Assembly: GCA_016186995.1 (NCBI GenBank) | Contig: JACPKQ010000020.1 | Coordinates: 9,330-73,329, forward strand | DNA length: 64,000 bases | Source of the DNA: Deltaproteobacteria bacterium | Lineage (GTDB): Bacteria > Bdellovibrionota > JACOXK01 | Direction: 5' to 3' | Part shown: positions 10,332 to 20,590 of the stretch, in pieces | How positions within the stretch are numbered: position 1 is the first letter of the stretch | Layout of the letters: each line of letters starts with the position of its first letter | Program-made: the position numbers and the translations under genes | Notes under the pieces: model-generated | The model's database searches: none | Seen by the model: the letters and a program-made list of their open reading frames with translations, nothing else | What the model was told of the DNA's origin: nothing

Positions 10332-11660
10332 TTATGAAGAAAAAACAATATGATCTATCTTCTTTCTGACTGCTTCCTGTGGAATGCTTTCTATAATTTC
10401 ACTTACAAAAGCATGAATGAGCATTTTTCGTGCTTCTTCCTCTGAAATACCTCGTGATTTTAAGTAAAAAAGCGCTTTTTGATCAAGCTGTCCTGTAGAA
10501 GATCCGTGAGTACACTCCACATCATCTGCATAAATTTCTAAATTAGGCTTTGCAAAAACTTGAGCGCCTTCTGATAAAAGTAAGTTTTTATTAATCTGAC
10601 GTGCTTGTGTCCCTTTTGTTCCTTTAGCAACTATAATTTTGCCATCAAAAACTCCTTGAGCTTTTTCTTCCACAACAGCTTTGAAAAACTGATCACTCAC
10701 ACAGTTGGAAACGTTATGTTCCACCAAAGTATGGAAATCAATCACCTGAGAACCTTTTGGTTTTAAAAGCCCCTTTAAAAAACACTGCGCATGTCCCTGC
10801 GTAAAAGGCACATTTACATCTTGTCTTGAAAATCTTCCACCAATGCCAAATAAAAAACTTCTCACTTCACTTTTTAACCCCTGCTCAAAATAAAGATCAG
10901 AAATATGAAAAGCATTTTTTCCCTCAAGCTGGAAACGATAATGTTCACATTGTGATTGTTCTTGTGTTACAATTTGAGAAACAACAGAATTAAAATAGTG
11001 GGCGTTCTCTTCCCCTCCAAAAGATTCTAAAATAGTCACTTTCGAAGCTTTTCCTATGATAAAAAGATTCCTTAAATAATGAGCACTGTTAGAATTTGTA
11101 GAAAAATAAATAAAATGCAATGGTTTCTTTATTTTTTGACCCTCTCTTACATAAAGACAAGCTCCATTTGAAAAAAGCGCTGTATTTAAAGATGTAAAAG
11201 CATTTTTCTTCGAATGAAGTTTTTTATTCACATAGTTTCGAGCTATGTGAGGGTGACATTTTATAAACTCTTGTAAATTACCTAAAAATACTTGAGAAGG
11301 AAGATCTTCTATTTTAGATAAATCTTTTGAGAAAAGACCATTTATAAAAACAACTCTATAGCAATCAAGCCCTTCAAATATAAAAGGCTCAATATTTTCT
11401 TTCCCATCACCAAAGATTGCGAGATCACCACGGATTCTTTCAGAATCCTCGTGATGACGAGGTTTAAAAGAACTCTCTAAAAAAGAAGAAATATCTGTAT
11501 ACTTCCATTCTTCTACTTTTTTGTTTGGAAATCCTTGTTTTTGAAATTGCTCTATGGCGCTGTCTTTAAGCTCTTTAAGCCAAGGAGACACACTTCCATT
11601 CAGAGATTGTTTTAAACTCTTGTATTGAGAAACATAATCTTGAACAGTGTGAAGTGTCAT
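10332..11660 (-). CDS. sufD: Fe-S assembly protein SufD
   Basis: EEWKYT, PNLEIYADDVECTHG, FYLKSRGI. Confidence 0.93.
   Translation of the reverse strand: MTLHTVQDYVSQYKSLKQSLNGSVSPWLKELKDSAIEQFQKQGFPNKKVEEWKYTDISSFLESSFKPRHHEDSERIRGDLAIFGDGKENIEPFIFEGLDCYRVVFINGLFSKDLSKIEDLPSQVFLGNLQEFIKCHPHIARNYVNKKLHSKKNAFTSLNTALFSNGACLYVREGQKIKKPLHFIYFSTNSNSAHYLRNLFIIGKASKVTILESFGGEENAHYFNSVVSQIVTQEQSQCEHYRFQLEGKNAFHISDLYFEQGLKSEVRSFLFGIGGRFSRQDVNVPFTQGHAQCFLKGLLKPKGSQVIDFHTLVEHNVSNCVSDQFFKAVVEEKAQGVFDGKIIVAKGTKGTQARQINKNLLLSEGAQVFAKPNLEIYADDVECTHGSSTGQLDQKALFYLKSRGISEEEARKMLIHAFVSEIIESIPQEAVRKKIDHIVFSS
11421..11458 (-). repeat. GTCA-footed palindromic repeat, in frame in sufD
   Basis: Minus strand GTCATCACGAGGATTCTGAAAGAATCCGTGGTGATCTC. 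Confidence 0.75.
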
Positions 11661-11665
11661 ATTTT

Positions 11666-12403
11666 TTACCCAACCCCGTCATACCCCTTTTCTTCAAGAA
11701 GAAGTGCCAGATCTTTTCCTCCAGAACGAATAATTTTTCCATCTGAAAGAACATGAACCTTATCTGGAACAATATAATTTAAAAGTCTTTGATAGTGGGT
11801 AATGACAAGAAAACTTGTATGAGGCCCTCTTAAAGAATTTACACCTTGAGATACAATTTTAATAGCATCGATATCAAGACCCGAATCTGTTTCATCAAGA
11901 ATAGAAAGTTTAGGCTCTAACATCGCCATCTGAAAAATTTCATTTCTTTTCTTCTCTCCACCAGAAAAACCTACATTTAAAGAACGACTCATGAAAACTT
12001 CATCCATTTGAAGAAGCTTCATCTTTTCTTTCATGAGTTTTAAAAAATCAAGAGCATCTATTTCACTTTCCCCTCGATATTTTTTAATAGAATTGACAGC
12101 TGTTTTAAGAAAGTTAGTGACAGAAACCCCTGGTATTTCAACTGGATATTGAAAGCTTTGGAAAACTCCTTTACAGGCTCTTTCTTCAGGTGCCATGTGA
12201 AGTAAGCTCTTTCCTTCATAAAGTACTTCACCTTGAGTCACTTCATAATCTTCTCTACCAGAAAGTACATTAGCCAAAGTACTCTTGCCTGAGCCATTAG
12301 GCCCCATAAGGGCATGTACTTCACCTTTTTTGAGCTCTAGATGAATACCCTTGAGTATTTCTTTACCCCCTACTTTGGCATGTAAGTTTTTTATTACTAA
12401 CAT
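11666..12403 (-). CDS. sufC: Fe-S assembly ATPase SufC
   Basis: GPNGSGKST, FSGGEKKRNE, LDETDSGLD. Confidence 0.96.
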   Translation of the reverse strand: MLVIKNLHAKVGGKEILKGIHLELKKGEVHALMGPNGSGKSTLANVLSGREDYEVTQGEVLYEGKSLLHMAPEERACKGVFQSFQYPVEIPGVSVTNFLKTAVNSIKKYRGESEIDALDFLKLMKEKMKLLQMDEVFMSRSLNVGFSGGEKKRNEIFQMAMLEPKLSILDETDSGLDIDAIKIVSQGVNSLRGPHTSFLVITHYQRLLNYIVPDKVHVLSDGKIIRSGGKDLALLLEEKGYDGVG

Positions 12404-12414
12404 AACTGACTCCT

Positions 12415-13875
12415 TTAGCCGACAGCGCCTTCAAGGCTTACGTCAAGAAGTTTTTGGGCCTCAACGGCAAATTCCATAGGAAGTTTTCTAAAAACTTCTT
12501 TACAAAATCCGTTCACAATAAGCGAAACCGCATCTTCTTCTGACATCCCTCTTTGTCTGCAATAAAAAAGTTGATCATCCCTTATTTTTGAAGTTGTTGC
12601 TTCATGCTCTACCCGAGCTGTTTTATTTTTAGACTCAATATAAGGGAAGGTATGGGCCCCGCACTGACTTCCTAATAATAGAGAGTCGCATTGTGAATAA
12701 TTTTGAGCCCTGTCTGCACCTTTTTGAATTTTGACAAGCCCTCGATAAGTATTTTGTCCATGCCCCGCTGCAATGCCCTTTGAGATAATAGTACTTCTTG
12801 TATTTTTACCAATGTGAATCATTTTAGTACCTGTATCTGCTTGTTGATAGTTATTGGTAAGGGCAACAGAGTAAAATTCACCTACTGAATTATCACCTTT
12901 TAAAATACAACTTGGATATTTCCATGTAATGGCAGAGCCTGTTTCAACCTGTGTCCAAGAAATTTTAGAATTTTTTCCAGCACATTTACCTCGTTTAGTT
13001 ACAAAATTATAAATACCACCCTTTCCTTCTTTATCCCCTGGATACCAGTTTTGGACTGTGGCATATTTAATCTCAGCATTGTCTTTAGCTAAAAGCTCAA
13101 CGACCGCTGCATGCAATTGATTTTCATCACGCATAGGAGCTGTGCAACCCTCTAAGTAACTTACATAACTTCCTTCTTCTGCAATAATAAGAGTTCTTTC
13201 AAACTGCCCTGTGTTGGCAGCATTAATTCTAAAATAAGTAGAAAGCTCCATAGGACATCGAACACCTTTTGGAATGTAGCAAAATGAACCGTCACTAAAA
13301 ACAGCTGAATTGAGTGTTGCAAAATAATTATCAGTGTAAGGAACGACACATCCTAAATATTCTTCTATCAAATGAGGATGCTCTCTCACTGCTTCAGAAA
13401 AAGAACAAAAAATAATTCCTAATTCTTTTAATTTCTTTTTAAAAGTGGTTGCAACAGACACACTATCGAGAACTGCATCGACTGCTACACCCGAGAAGCG
13501 CTTTTGCTCATCTAAAGAAATACCTAATTTTTGAAACATAGATCTTAATTCTGGATCTACTTCATCCAAGCTCTTAAGCTCTTTTTTAGGTTTAGGTGCT
13601 GAGTAATAAATAATTTTTTGGTAATCGATAGGGGCATATTTCACATGCTGCCATGTGGGTTCTTCCATTTTAAGCCAATGCCTATAAGCTTTAAGGCGCC
13701 ACTCGAGAAGAAAAAGAGGTTCTTTCTTTTTTTTGGAAATAAAACGTATAATATCCTCATTAAGCCCACAAGGTGCTTGTTCAGATTCAATGTGTGTTTC
13801 GAAGCCATATTTATACTCTTGCTCCGTTATTTTTTTAATGGCTACGTTTTTTTCTTGTGGCATCAGAGCCTCCAT
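12415..13875 (-). CDS. sufB: Fe-S assembly protein SufB
   Basis: [23 protein letters not shown]; start may be 13863. Confidence 0.96.
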   Translation of the reverse strand: MEALMPQEKNVAIKKITEQEYKYGFETHIESEQAPCGLNEDIIRFISKKKKEPLFLLEWRLKAYRHWLKMEEPTWQHVKYAPIDYQKIIYYSAPKPKKELKSLDEVDPELRSMFQKLGISLDEQKRFSGVAVDAVLDSVSVATTFKKKLKELGIIFCSFSEAVREHPHLIEEYLGCVVPYTDNYFATLNSAVFSDGSFCYIPKGVRCPMELSTYFRINAANTGQFERTLIIAEEGSYVSYLEGCTAPMRDENQLHAAVVELLAKDNAEIKYATVQNWYPGDKEGKGGIYNFVTKRGKCAGKNSKISWTQVETGSAITWKYPSCILKGDNSVGEFYSVALTNNYQQADTGTKMIHIGKNTRSTIISKGIAAGHGQNTYRGLVKIQKGADRAQNYSQCDSLLLGSQCGAHTFPYIESKNKTARVEHEATTSKIRDDQLFYCRQRGMSEEDAVSLIVNGFCKEVFRKLPMEFAVEAQKLLDVSLEGAVG

Positions 13876-13939
13876 TTTGTTTCCTAAACTTCACGTTTTC
13901 TTAAATCCATACCTTTTTGTCAACTTTCTATTAAAAAAC

Positions 13940-14416
13940 CTATCTCATTCCAATAACCTTTGCCTGCTCTTGAATAATTTCTTCCATCTGTTTTTTCATG
14001 CCCCTTTCATCCTGAAGAAGCTGATCTAAAGTTACTTCGTTCATAACTGAACTCATGTATTTATAAATAACACTCCACACAGATTTCACTGAACAATTAG
14101 CATTATGCACACAAACATTTGCTAAACCCGTGTGATCCAAACAAAACTCACTATTAAACATAGAACTCCCCAAAGCCTTTGACACCTCTGCCAAACTAAT
14201 GGAACTAGGGTCTTTCCTCAAAGAATATCCACCATGAACACCGCGTTTTGCTTCGATTAACTTTGACTTTTTCAAAAGGGAGGTAATTTTAGAAACATAT
14301 TCTTGAGACAAACCTTCTTTTTCAGATATCTCTCTAATAGAAATACCCTCATCCCACACACGAGCTATCTGCAAAAGACATCTTAAGCCATATTCTTCTA
14401 AAGCAGTAATTTTCAT
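13940..14416 (-). CDS. Rrf2-family (IscR-like) regulator
   Basis: EYGLRCL, RGVHGGY wing, three Cys (C-X9-C-X5-C); ATG at 14416 follows GGGGGT. Confidence 0.88.
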   Translation of the reverse strand: MKITALEEYGLRCLLQIARVWDEGISIREISEKEGLSQEYVSKITSLLKKSKLIEAKRGVHGGYSLRKDPSSISLAEVSKALGSSMFNSEFCLDHTGLANVCVHNANCSVKSVWSVIYKYMSSVMNEVTLDQLLQDERGMKKQMEEIIQEQAKVIGMR

Positions 14417-14435
14417 GAACACCCCCTACACTTTA

Positions 14436-14474
14436 ATTATAGCAAATCTATACTAAAAAGTACTCTTTTGTCAA
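14436..14474 (-). promoter_or_regulatory. Putative sigma70 promoter elements of the SUF operon
   Basis: Minus strand TTGACA (14474-14469) and extended -10 TGCTATAAT (14444-14436); too far apart for one canonical promoter. Confidence 0.5.
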
Positions 14475-14520
14475 TAGTCTAACATATTGAAATTAAAGAT
14501 ATTTTTAAAATGGTGGCCGC

Positions 14521-15216
14521 TTAATCTTCAGGAAATTTAAGATGTCTGAGATATTGTAAATAGACAAATCCAAGAACTTGTTCATCATGTGGAGTGGGTT
14601 TGCGATCACAGACAGGGATTCTTTTAAAATACATAATATCTTCTTTATGATTCGAATGTTGCATGCCTATCAGATGTCCCACTTCATGCGTGACGATACC
14701 TTCAAGACAAAAGCTAAAAAAAACTTCTCGCAAGCCTTCCATATGCCATTGATCTTGTGTGTGAAAACCATACCACTCATTGATAACAATATCTCCTCCA
14801 ACCGAGCTCCAGTTGCCATTTTCATCCAACAGATGATGGGCTTTAGCAAGTTTATGCTCATGAGGTTCATCAAACGCTTCTCTTCTCACAATATGAACCT
14901 GATCACCGGAATCAGTGGGAAAGTCTGCCAAACCTAAATATTTAAAATGAAAATTCGTTGCTGTTAATTTTCGAATGATGGGTTCCCAGTTTTTAAAGCC
15001 TTGCTGAATGGTTTCAATTTCTTCTTTCGTAAATGCGTTGTCTTGAATATAATACTCACTGGGGAAAATAGGCTTAATGTATTGATTGAAAATTTCTTTA
15101 CGTTCTTGCTCCGGGATGTGAGAAATGTTGCAGCCTGCAAAAAATTGAATAATAACAACGCACAGAAATAAAACAGAACGCTTTCTTTTTAAGAAACTTT
15201 TAAACCACACAATCAC
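14521..15216 (-). CDS. Matrixin-family zinc metalloprotease lipoprotein (paralog 1)
   Basis: FFAGC lipobox, HEVGHLIGMQH, Met-turn DIMY. Confidence 0.8.
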   Translation of the reverse strand: MIVWFKSFLKRKRSVLFLCVVIIQFFAGCNISHIPEQERKEIFNQYIKPIFPSEYYIQDNAFTKEEIETIQQGFKNWEPIIRKLTATNFHFKYLGLADFPTDSGDQVHIVRREAFDEPHEHKLAKAHHLLDENGNWSSVGGDIVINEWYGFHTQDQWHMEGLREVFFSFCLEGIVTHEVGHLIGMQHSNHKEDIMYFKRIPVCDRKPTPHDEQVLGFVYLQYLRHLKFPED

Positions 15217-15356
15217 GGTCTAAAACACGTAAATAAACAAAGTTACTTTGTCAACCATCTTCGATGGTTTATCCAAAAACTCACTTTTTCTCATCCCTGC
15301 GCAGATTGCAATTTTTTCATTGACCGGAAAATAAATTTCAAATATCACATAAGTGT

Positions 15357-16001
15357 ATGTATCGTATGTGTGTAACGTTGTTGTGTATGAGCCTATGCTT
15401 TCTTCCATTAGCCCATGGAAAAATTTCATTTGAGACAGAACAGATGATTCAGCAATTAGACTGGGATATGACCCGAATCGGTCGTCAAGGTCAAAAAGCG
15501 CGAAATCGGGCAGTTACCAAATTGACTTGTCTTGGCAAAAGAGAAGAAGAAACACGTCAACGCGTTTTAGAAACCGCGGGCAGACTTCTGGGACATTCAA
15601 ATATTATTGTAAATGAGGCGGCTATGAACGTTTTTCAAAATTTAGATGCCGTTCAAGAAATGAATGATTATAAACAGAAATTTCTGCTTCGGTATGGATC
15701 TCCCCAAAACAGGAATGAAGTAAAAGAGATCTTTCATGAAATATTCACACGTGAAGATGAAGGGCTTGAGGTGATCAAAGAATTTTATCCGGATAGAGAT
15801 GATGTCATCTATCTAAACGAACTCTCTGATTTATATAATGACCACACCGGTCAGAGACTCAAAATACGTTTGCGTACCTTTTCACTCAAATATCCTGATC
15901 GTCAAGAACGCGATAATATTTCACATATTCAGGCTGAAGTCATAGAAGATTTTCATGTGTCTGAAATGGTTCCAACGGATCCAGCTTGCAAGCCGCTTTG
16001 A
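15357..16001 (+). CDS. Secreted hypothetical protein
   Basis: 214 aa ORF with signal peptide (LPLAHG); family not recognised. Confidence 0.6.
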   Translation: MYRMCVTLLCMSLCFLPLAHGKISFETEQMIQQLDWDMTRIGRQGQKARNRAVTKLTCLGKREEETRQRVLETAGRLLGHSNIIVNEAAMNVFQNLDAVQEMNDYKQKFLLRYGSPQNRNEVKEIFHEIFTREDEGLEVIKEFYPDRDDVIYLNELSDLYNDHTGQRLKIRLRTFSLKYPDRQERDNISHIQAEVIEDFHVSEMVPTDPACKPL

Positions 16002-16079
16002 CCCTGGTAATTATCCTAGGCCCCTTGGTACTTACATACCATTAAAGACTCTTCACACTATCACCGATAAAGAGTTGTT

Positions 16080-17369
16080 ATGTCACAAAACAATATTCTT
16101 ACTTCTGCTATTAAACAAATGGAGAAAGCTCGGGAATTCACTGATATTTCACATGAAGTCATTGATAGATTAGAACATACAAAAAATATTCTTGAAGTCT
16201 CTATTCCTGTTCGCATGGATGACGGCTCTCTTAAAATTTTTACTGGCATGCGCGTTCGACATAATGATTTGAGAGGTCCAACCAAAGGGGGTATTCGCTA
16301 TCATCCCGAGGTTAATCTTAACGAAATAAAAACTCTTGCATTTTTAATGACTTTTAAATGTGCTGTATTGAACCTACCTTTTGGGGGAGCTAAGGGTGGT
16401 ATTATTGTAAACCCTAAAGAGCTATCTCGTTTTGAACTTGAAAGACTGAGCCGTGGCTACATAGAAATGATCTCTGATTTTATTGGACCAGATACAGACA
16501 TCCCAGCTCCTGATGTTTATACAAATGAAATGATCATGGGTTGGATGGCCAGTGAATACAATATTATTAAAAGGCAAAAATATCCAGCCGTCATTACTGG
16601 AAAACCTTTAAGTTTAGGCGGAAGTCTTGGAAGAGATACCGCAACAGCACGTGGAGCTTTTTATATTATCGAGGAACTCAAAAAATTAAAAAAAATTAAT
16701 CCTGAAAAAACAAAAGTTGCCGTTCAGGGATTCGGCAATGCCGGGTTTCATATAGCCGCTCTGCTCTTTGATGCAGGTTATAAAATAGTAGCTGTGAGTG
16801 ACTCACAAGGCGCTATTTATAGTGAAAAAGGACTTAACCCTTATCACGTAAAAAAATTTAAAGATGAACATAAAGCTCTCAAAGCAGTTTATTGTGAAGA
16901 ATCTGTGTGTGATATTCTTGAACATAAAAGTATTACAAATGCAGAACTTCTTGAGTTAGATGTCGATATACTCATCCCTGCTGCTCTTGAAAATCAGATT
17001 ACAAAAGAAAATGCTAGTACAATTAAGGCTCCTATCGTTGTTGAACTAGCTAATGGTCCTGTTACCGATGAGGCAGATGATATTTTAGAAAAAAAGAATA
17101 TTCTAGTTATCCCTGATATTCTTGCTAATGCAGGGGGTGTCACCGTCTCTTATTTTGAGGGGGTTCAAAATAAAAGTAGGTATTATTGGCCACTCAAAGA
17201 AATTCATGAAAAACTCTCTGAAAAAATGAAATCTTCATTCCATGATGTTTACAAGATTCATGAAAAAAATAAAATAACAATGCGCACAGCCGCCTATGTC
17301 CTAGCTTTGAAGCGAATTGGGGATGCCGTAAAATCTTTAGGGACAAAAGAATATTATATAGCTGCTTAA
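16080..17369 (+). CDS. gdhA: Glu/Leu/Phe/Val dehydrogenase (glutamate dehydrogenase)
   Basis: [42 protein letters not shown]. Confidence 0.92.
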   Translation: MSQNNILTSAIKQMEKAREFTDISHEVIDRLEHTKNILEVSIPVRMDDGSLKIFTGMRVRHNDLRGPTKGGIRYHPEVNLNEIKTLAFLMTFKCAVLNLPFGGAKGGIIVNPKELSRFELERLSRGYIEMISDFIGPDTDIPAPDVYTNEMIMGWMASEYNIIKRQKYPAVITGKPLSLGGSLGRDTATARGAFYIIEELKKLKKINPEKTKVAVQGFGNAGFHIAALLFDAGYKIVAVSDSQGAIYSEKGLNPYHVKKFKDEHKALKAVYCEESVCDILEHKSITNAELLELDVDILIPAALENQITKENASTIKAPIVVELANGPVTDEADDILEKKNILVIPDILANAGGVTVSYFEGVQNKSRYYWPLKEIHEKLSEKMKSSFHDVYKIHEKNKITMRTAAYVLALKRIGDAVKSLGTKEYYIAA

Positions 17370-17372
17370 ATC

Positions 17373-18401
17373 TCACCTCATTTCTAAAAAATTTATAAAG
17401 TATATATGTCTCTCACCTCTGAAAAAGGACTTATCTTTTTGATAGTGAATTTTTCCTTTGATCACAACTTCTTTACCCCGATAATGTTTGAGCTCTGAAT
17501 AGCGTTCTTTGGAAACCTTGACTGGGGTAATCGTATCTCCGTTAGCATCGACAAGCTTAAATTGCCCATACTCGCCACCCCCACTTTTTAAAGTGCCCCT
17601 TAAAAGAATTTCAGATGCCTCTTCATACACAATGAAGTTTTGATGATACTGAACTCTTAAATCCGGAAACCAATCATTGACCATAACTTTAAAGATTTCT
17701 GATGAAATAGCTGGTTCATCGCTTAACGCAGTGAGGAAGAAAAAAGCCATTTCTTGGGCATATTTATCTATTAATGTGGAAGGATTACCAGGAAGAGAAA
17801 AATCAGGAGGTAATATAGTCGTTGTTGCTAACAAGAGTGGCTTGATGTTGTGATACAAATCTATTAATTCATTTCTTGGAAATTTTCTAAAAACCAACAT
17901 GATAGATTTTAATGCTTCACCTCTTATGAGTGATAATCCTGCTGTTAAAAAGACCGTATTTTTAACTACGTCTGGAATCCTAGAAAAATAATTAAAAACA
18001 TCACCTATCACAGACGTGTTTCCTAATTTTCCCATATTTTCCACCAATGCGCGCAGTAACCATTCTTGGTTTTTAGTAAAAAGATCCATCTTTGCTGGTG
18101 GTGTTTCTCTAAACAGTAACTGTTGAAAATAAGGATAAGCCTCTGGATGAGCATGTTTCCCCAATGCTTTTATTGTGTATCTCACCACCATGGCATCTCT
18201 ATCAAACAGAGCATCAAGCAGTGCATCAAAAGCTCTTTTACTTTCTTTATAGTCGCCAAGTTCAATCGCTGCACCAGCCCTCTCAACCCCCAACTCTGCA
18301 TTTTTTAAGGTAAAAATGAGTTGATCTAATTTTTCCTCGGATCCAGCATAGGACCAGCTCGCAACGACCATCAATGCAAATATGACAAGAATTTTTCTCA
18401 T
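17373..18401 (-). CDS. Secreted HEAT-repeat protein
   Basis: Signal peptide (WSYA), RAGAAIELG/VRYTIKALG HEAT-like units, beta-rich C-terminus. Confidence 0.65.
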   Translation of the reverse strand: MRKILVIFALMVVASWSYAGSEEKLDQLIFTLKNAELGVERAGAAIELGDYKESKRAFDALLDALFDRDAMVVRYTIKALGKHAHPEAYPYFQQLLFRETPPAKMDLFTKNQEWLLRALVENMGKLGNTSVIGDVFNYFSRIPDVVKNTVFLTAGLSLIRGEALKSIMLVFRKFPRNELIDLYHNIKPLLLATTTILPPDFSLPGNPSTLIDKYAQEMAFFFLTALSDEPAISSEIFKVMVNDWFPDLRVQYHQNFIVYEEASEILLRGTLKSGGGEYGQFKLVDANGDTITPVKVSKERYSELKHYRGKEVVIKGKIHYQKDKSFFRGERHIYFINFLEMR

Positions 18402-18500
18402 TGGAAAAAGTCCTCCTATCTAAAATTTTAAATTGCTACACAACACTCAACGACTGCAACCATTATATTGCTATACAAAATATTGTAAAGGCCTTTCCCG

Positions 18501-19823
18501 TTACCTCTTAAGAACTTCTCTCAAAGCAGGGAAAATTTTAGGTGGGGCATCTTCAGACTGAAATGTGACATCAAAAAACTTAGCTACGTCGATCGCTGAA
18601 CTCACAGCGTCTTCATGGAGTCCATATCCAAAATAACTTCCGCAAAAAAAACTATTTTTTTCCCCATTTAAAGTAGGCAGTTGCTGAATTGTTGGATACG
18701 AAGAAAAATCATAAATGGGTGTTCTTAAAGTAAGATCTAATTCTATGAGTTCATCCCGAATAGGAAAATTAGGATGTTGTGTACCAATATATTCACAATC
18801 TTTAGAAACATAAGATTGATGCCAGGTAGATCCACTCACAGATGTATCAACCACCCCATTTCTATTCGTATAAAGGAATGTATAAGCTTGCATTAAATCG
18901 CGCGGTGGAAATGAGGAATAATCTCGATGAACGGCTAAACGACCATTATAGTATCTCCAAGCTCCTAAAATTTTTCTCTCAGCATCGGTAGGACTTTCTA
19001 TAAGAGGGAGAGCTTGATCTGCATTACAAGCAAAAACCACTTGATCAAAAGGACGTTTTTCTCCATCCTTCATGACTAATGTAACACCTTTTTCATCTCG
19101 CAAAACAGTTTTAATCTGTGCATTAAAAATCACTTTACTGCGAAATGATGCAGACAGAGCCTCTACATAACTCTTTGTACCTCCATCTACACAACGGATG
19201 GAATAAAGAGCCTTAGGAGAGAGAAAATCATTATGAACTTTAAGTTTATTCAGAAAAAAGCTTGCTGGAGAGTTTAAAATATCCGAACCCTTCATAGAAG
19301 AAAGCAAGCATAAAGTGCACATAAAAATTGTTCTTGCGTCTCCTTTAAACTGAGGAATTTTTTGTAGACATTCATCTAAAGTAAGCCCCTCTACCTCACC
19401 TGCCTTCAATAAAGCTTGGGCTTTCTTTAATCCTAAATAAACTTGCATGAGCATTTTCAAACTGCTCGCCCGAAGAAGCTGAAATTTTTGTTTCCGAATA
19501 CCTTTAAAAGTGGGTGTTAAATAAATTCCTTCATGGGTGTCCAAATCACGCAAACTCATAAAAGAAGTAGGACACAAACTTGTTCCAATATCTAGCTCAG
19601 AAAGAAGAGCAAAAAAGTTTTTGTAGCCTTTTCTACCAAAAGCAGCAACTGCAACATCCATTGAGTCACCTTGAGGAGATATATGAGTATAAGCATTTCC
19701 TCCAATTCGTGAGGACTTTTCAAATAAAGTAACATCATGCTTTTGATTGATTAGATATCCAGCGGTTAAACCCGCAATGCCGCCACCAATAATAGCTACA
19801 TTCCTTCTTTTCATTTTCTTCAT
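18501..19823 (-). CDS. FAD-dependent oxidoreductase (COG2907-like)
   Basis: IIGGGIAGL, RIGGNAYT, FCGSYFGYGLHEDAVSSA. Confidence 0.8.
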   Translation of the reverse strand: MKKMKRRNVAIIGGGIAGLTAGYLINQKHDVTLFEKSSRIGGNAYTHISPQGDSMDVAVAAFGRKGYKNFFALLSELDIGTSLCPTSFMSLRDLDTHEGIYLTPTFKGIRKQKFQLLRASSLKMLMQVYLGLKKAQALLKAGEVEGLTLDECLQKIPQFKGDARTIFMCTLCLLSSMKGSDILNSPASFFLNKLKVHNDFLSPKALYSIRCVDGGTKSYVEALSASFRSKVIFNAQIKTVLRDEKGVTLVMKDGEKRPFDQVVFACNADQALPLIESPTDAERKILGAWRYYNGRLAVHRDYSSFPPRDLMQAYTFLYTNRNGVVDTSVSGSTWHQSYVSKDCEYIGTQHPNFPIRDELIELDLTLRTPIYDFSSYPTIQQLPTLNGEKNSFFCGSYFGYGLHEDAVSSAIDVAKFFDVTFQSEDAPPKIFPALREVLKR

Positions 19824-20590
19824 TCAATCAGTGTTGGTTCAAATAATATTCCCTCACAACTCGGAGAATATAAAAACTGGATTTGCTTTCCAAGATTGAG
19901 CTCGTGGAAGGGTTGACTTTTAGGATGATCTCCCAATCGAAGACTCACTCGAGGCACCAAAAATGAAACCCCGAATTCTTTTTGATGAATGAAGACCTTT
20001 CCATGAAGTGGTCTTCCATCTTTGATTGGATAAGAGTTTAAAGTCATGATGTTAGACTTACTTCTTATCTTTATTTTTCGAGCCTCAAACTCTAAAATCA
20101 ATTCTGACGACTCTTTGTCTCTTAATGTGCAAACACGATGAGTTGCAGTTTCTCTAAAGGTAATGTCAGCAAGATATTTTGGATAATTGAAATAATCAAT
20201 CCCACCATAGAGAGCAACATCGGTAGTGACAGGAAGTTCTTTAATAAACCCGTAATAATCTGACTTTAAAGTAGACTTAAGTAAATGAATGAAGGTGTGA
20301 TGAGTTTTTTTTCCATATTGAACCGCGAAGGAAAGAGAAACTTCATTATAAGGACCAATATCAGATTGCTTATATTCCATACAATGAATAGCAGCTAAAC
20401 CTCGTCCGGGTAAAATACTTAACGGATAATAATCCTCTGAAGGTAAATACTTTTGAATTGTTTTCAAGTCCGCCGTAAAAACGCAGCCCATTAAATTTAT
20501 ATCTTGATAAAATAAGGGAGATTTTCCTTTAAAATCACGAATGGGTAATTCTTTTTGTCTATACCCTTCAAAAAAATAATTTTGGTTCAT
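19820..20590 (-). CDS. Acetoacetate decarboxylase-like family protein
   Basis: EYKQSDIGPYNE, LPVTT, YPK at the Schiff-base lysine position. Confidence 0.8.
   Translation of the reverse strand: MNQNYFFEGYRQKELPIRDFKGKSPLFYQDINLMGCVFTADLKTIQKYLPSEDYYPLSILPGRGLAAIHCMEYKQSDIGPYNEVSLSFAVQYGKKTHHTFIHLLKSTLKSDYYGFIKELPVTTDVALYGGIDYFNYPKYLADITFRETATHRVCTLRDKESSELILEFEARKIKIRSKSNIMTLNSYPIKDGRPLHGKVFIHQKEFGVSFLVPRVSLRLGDHPKSQPFHELNLGKQIQFLYSPSCEGILFEPTLIE

Noticed and set aside
14471-14520. Minus-strand GCGGCCACCA resembling a tRNA 3' end (possible att remnant) next to TTTCAATATGTTA
   Set aside because: Only 10 nt, does not match the local tRNA-Ala 3' end, and there is no integrase; too weak to call an island boundary.
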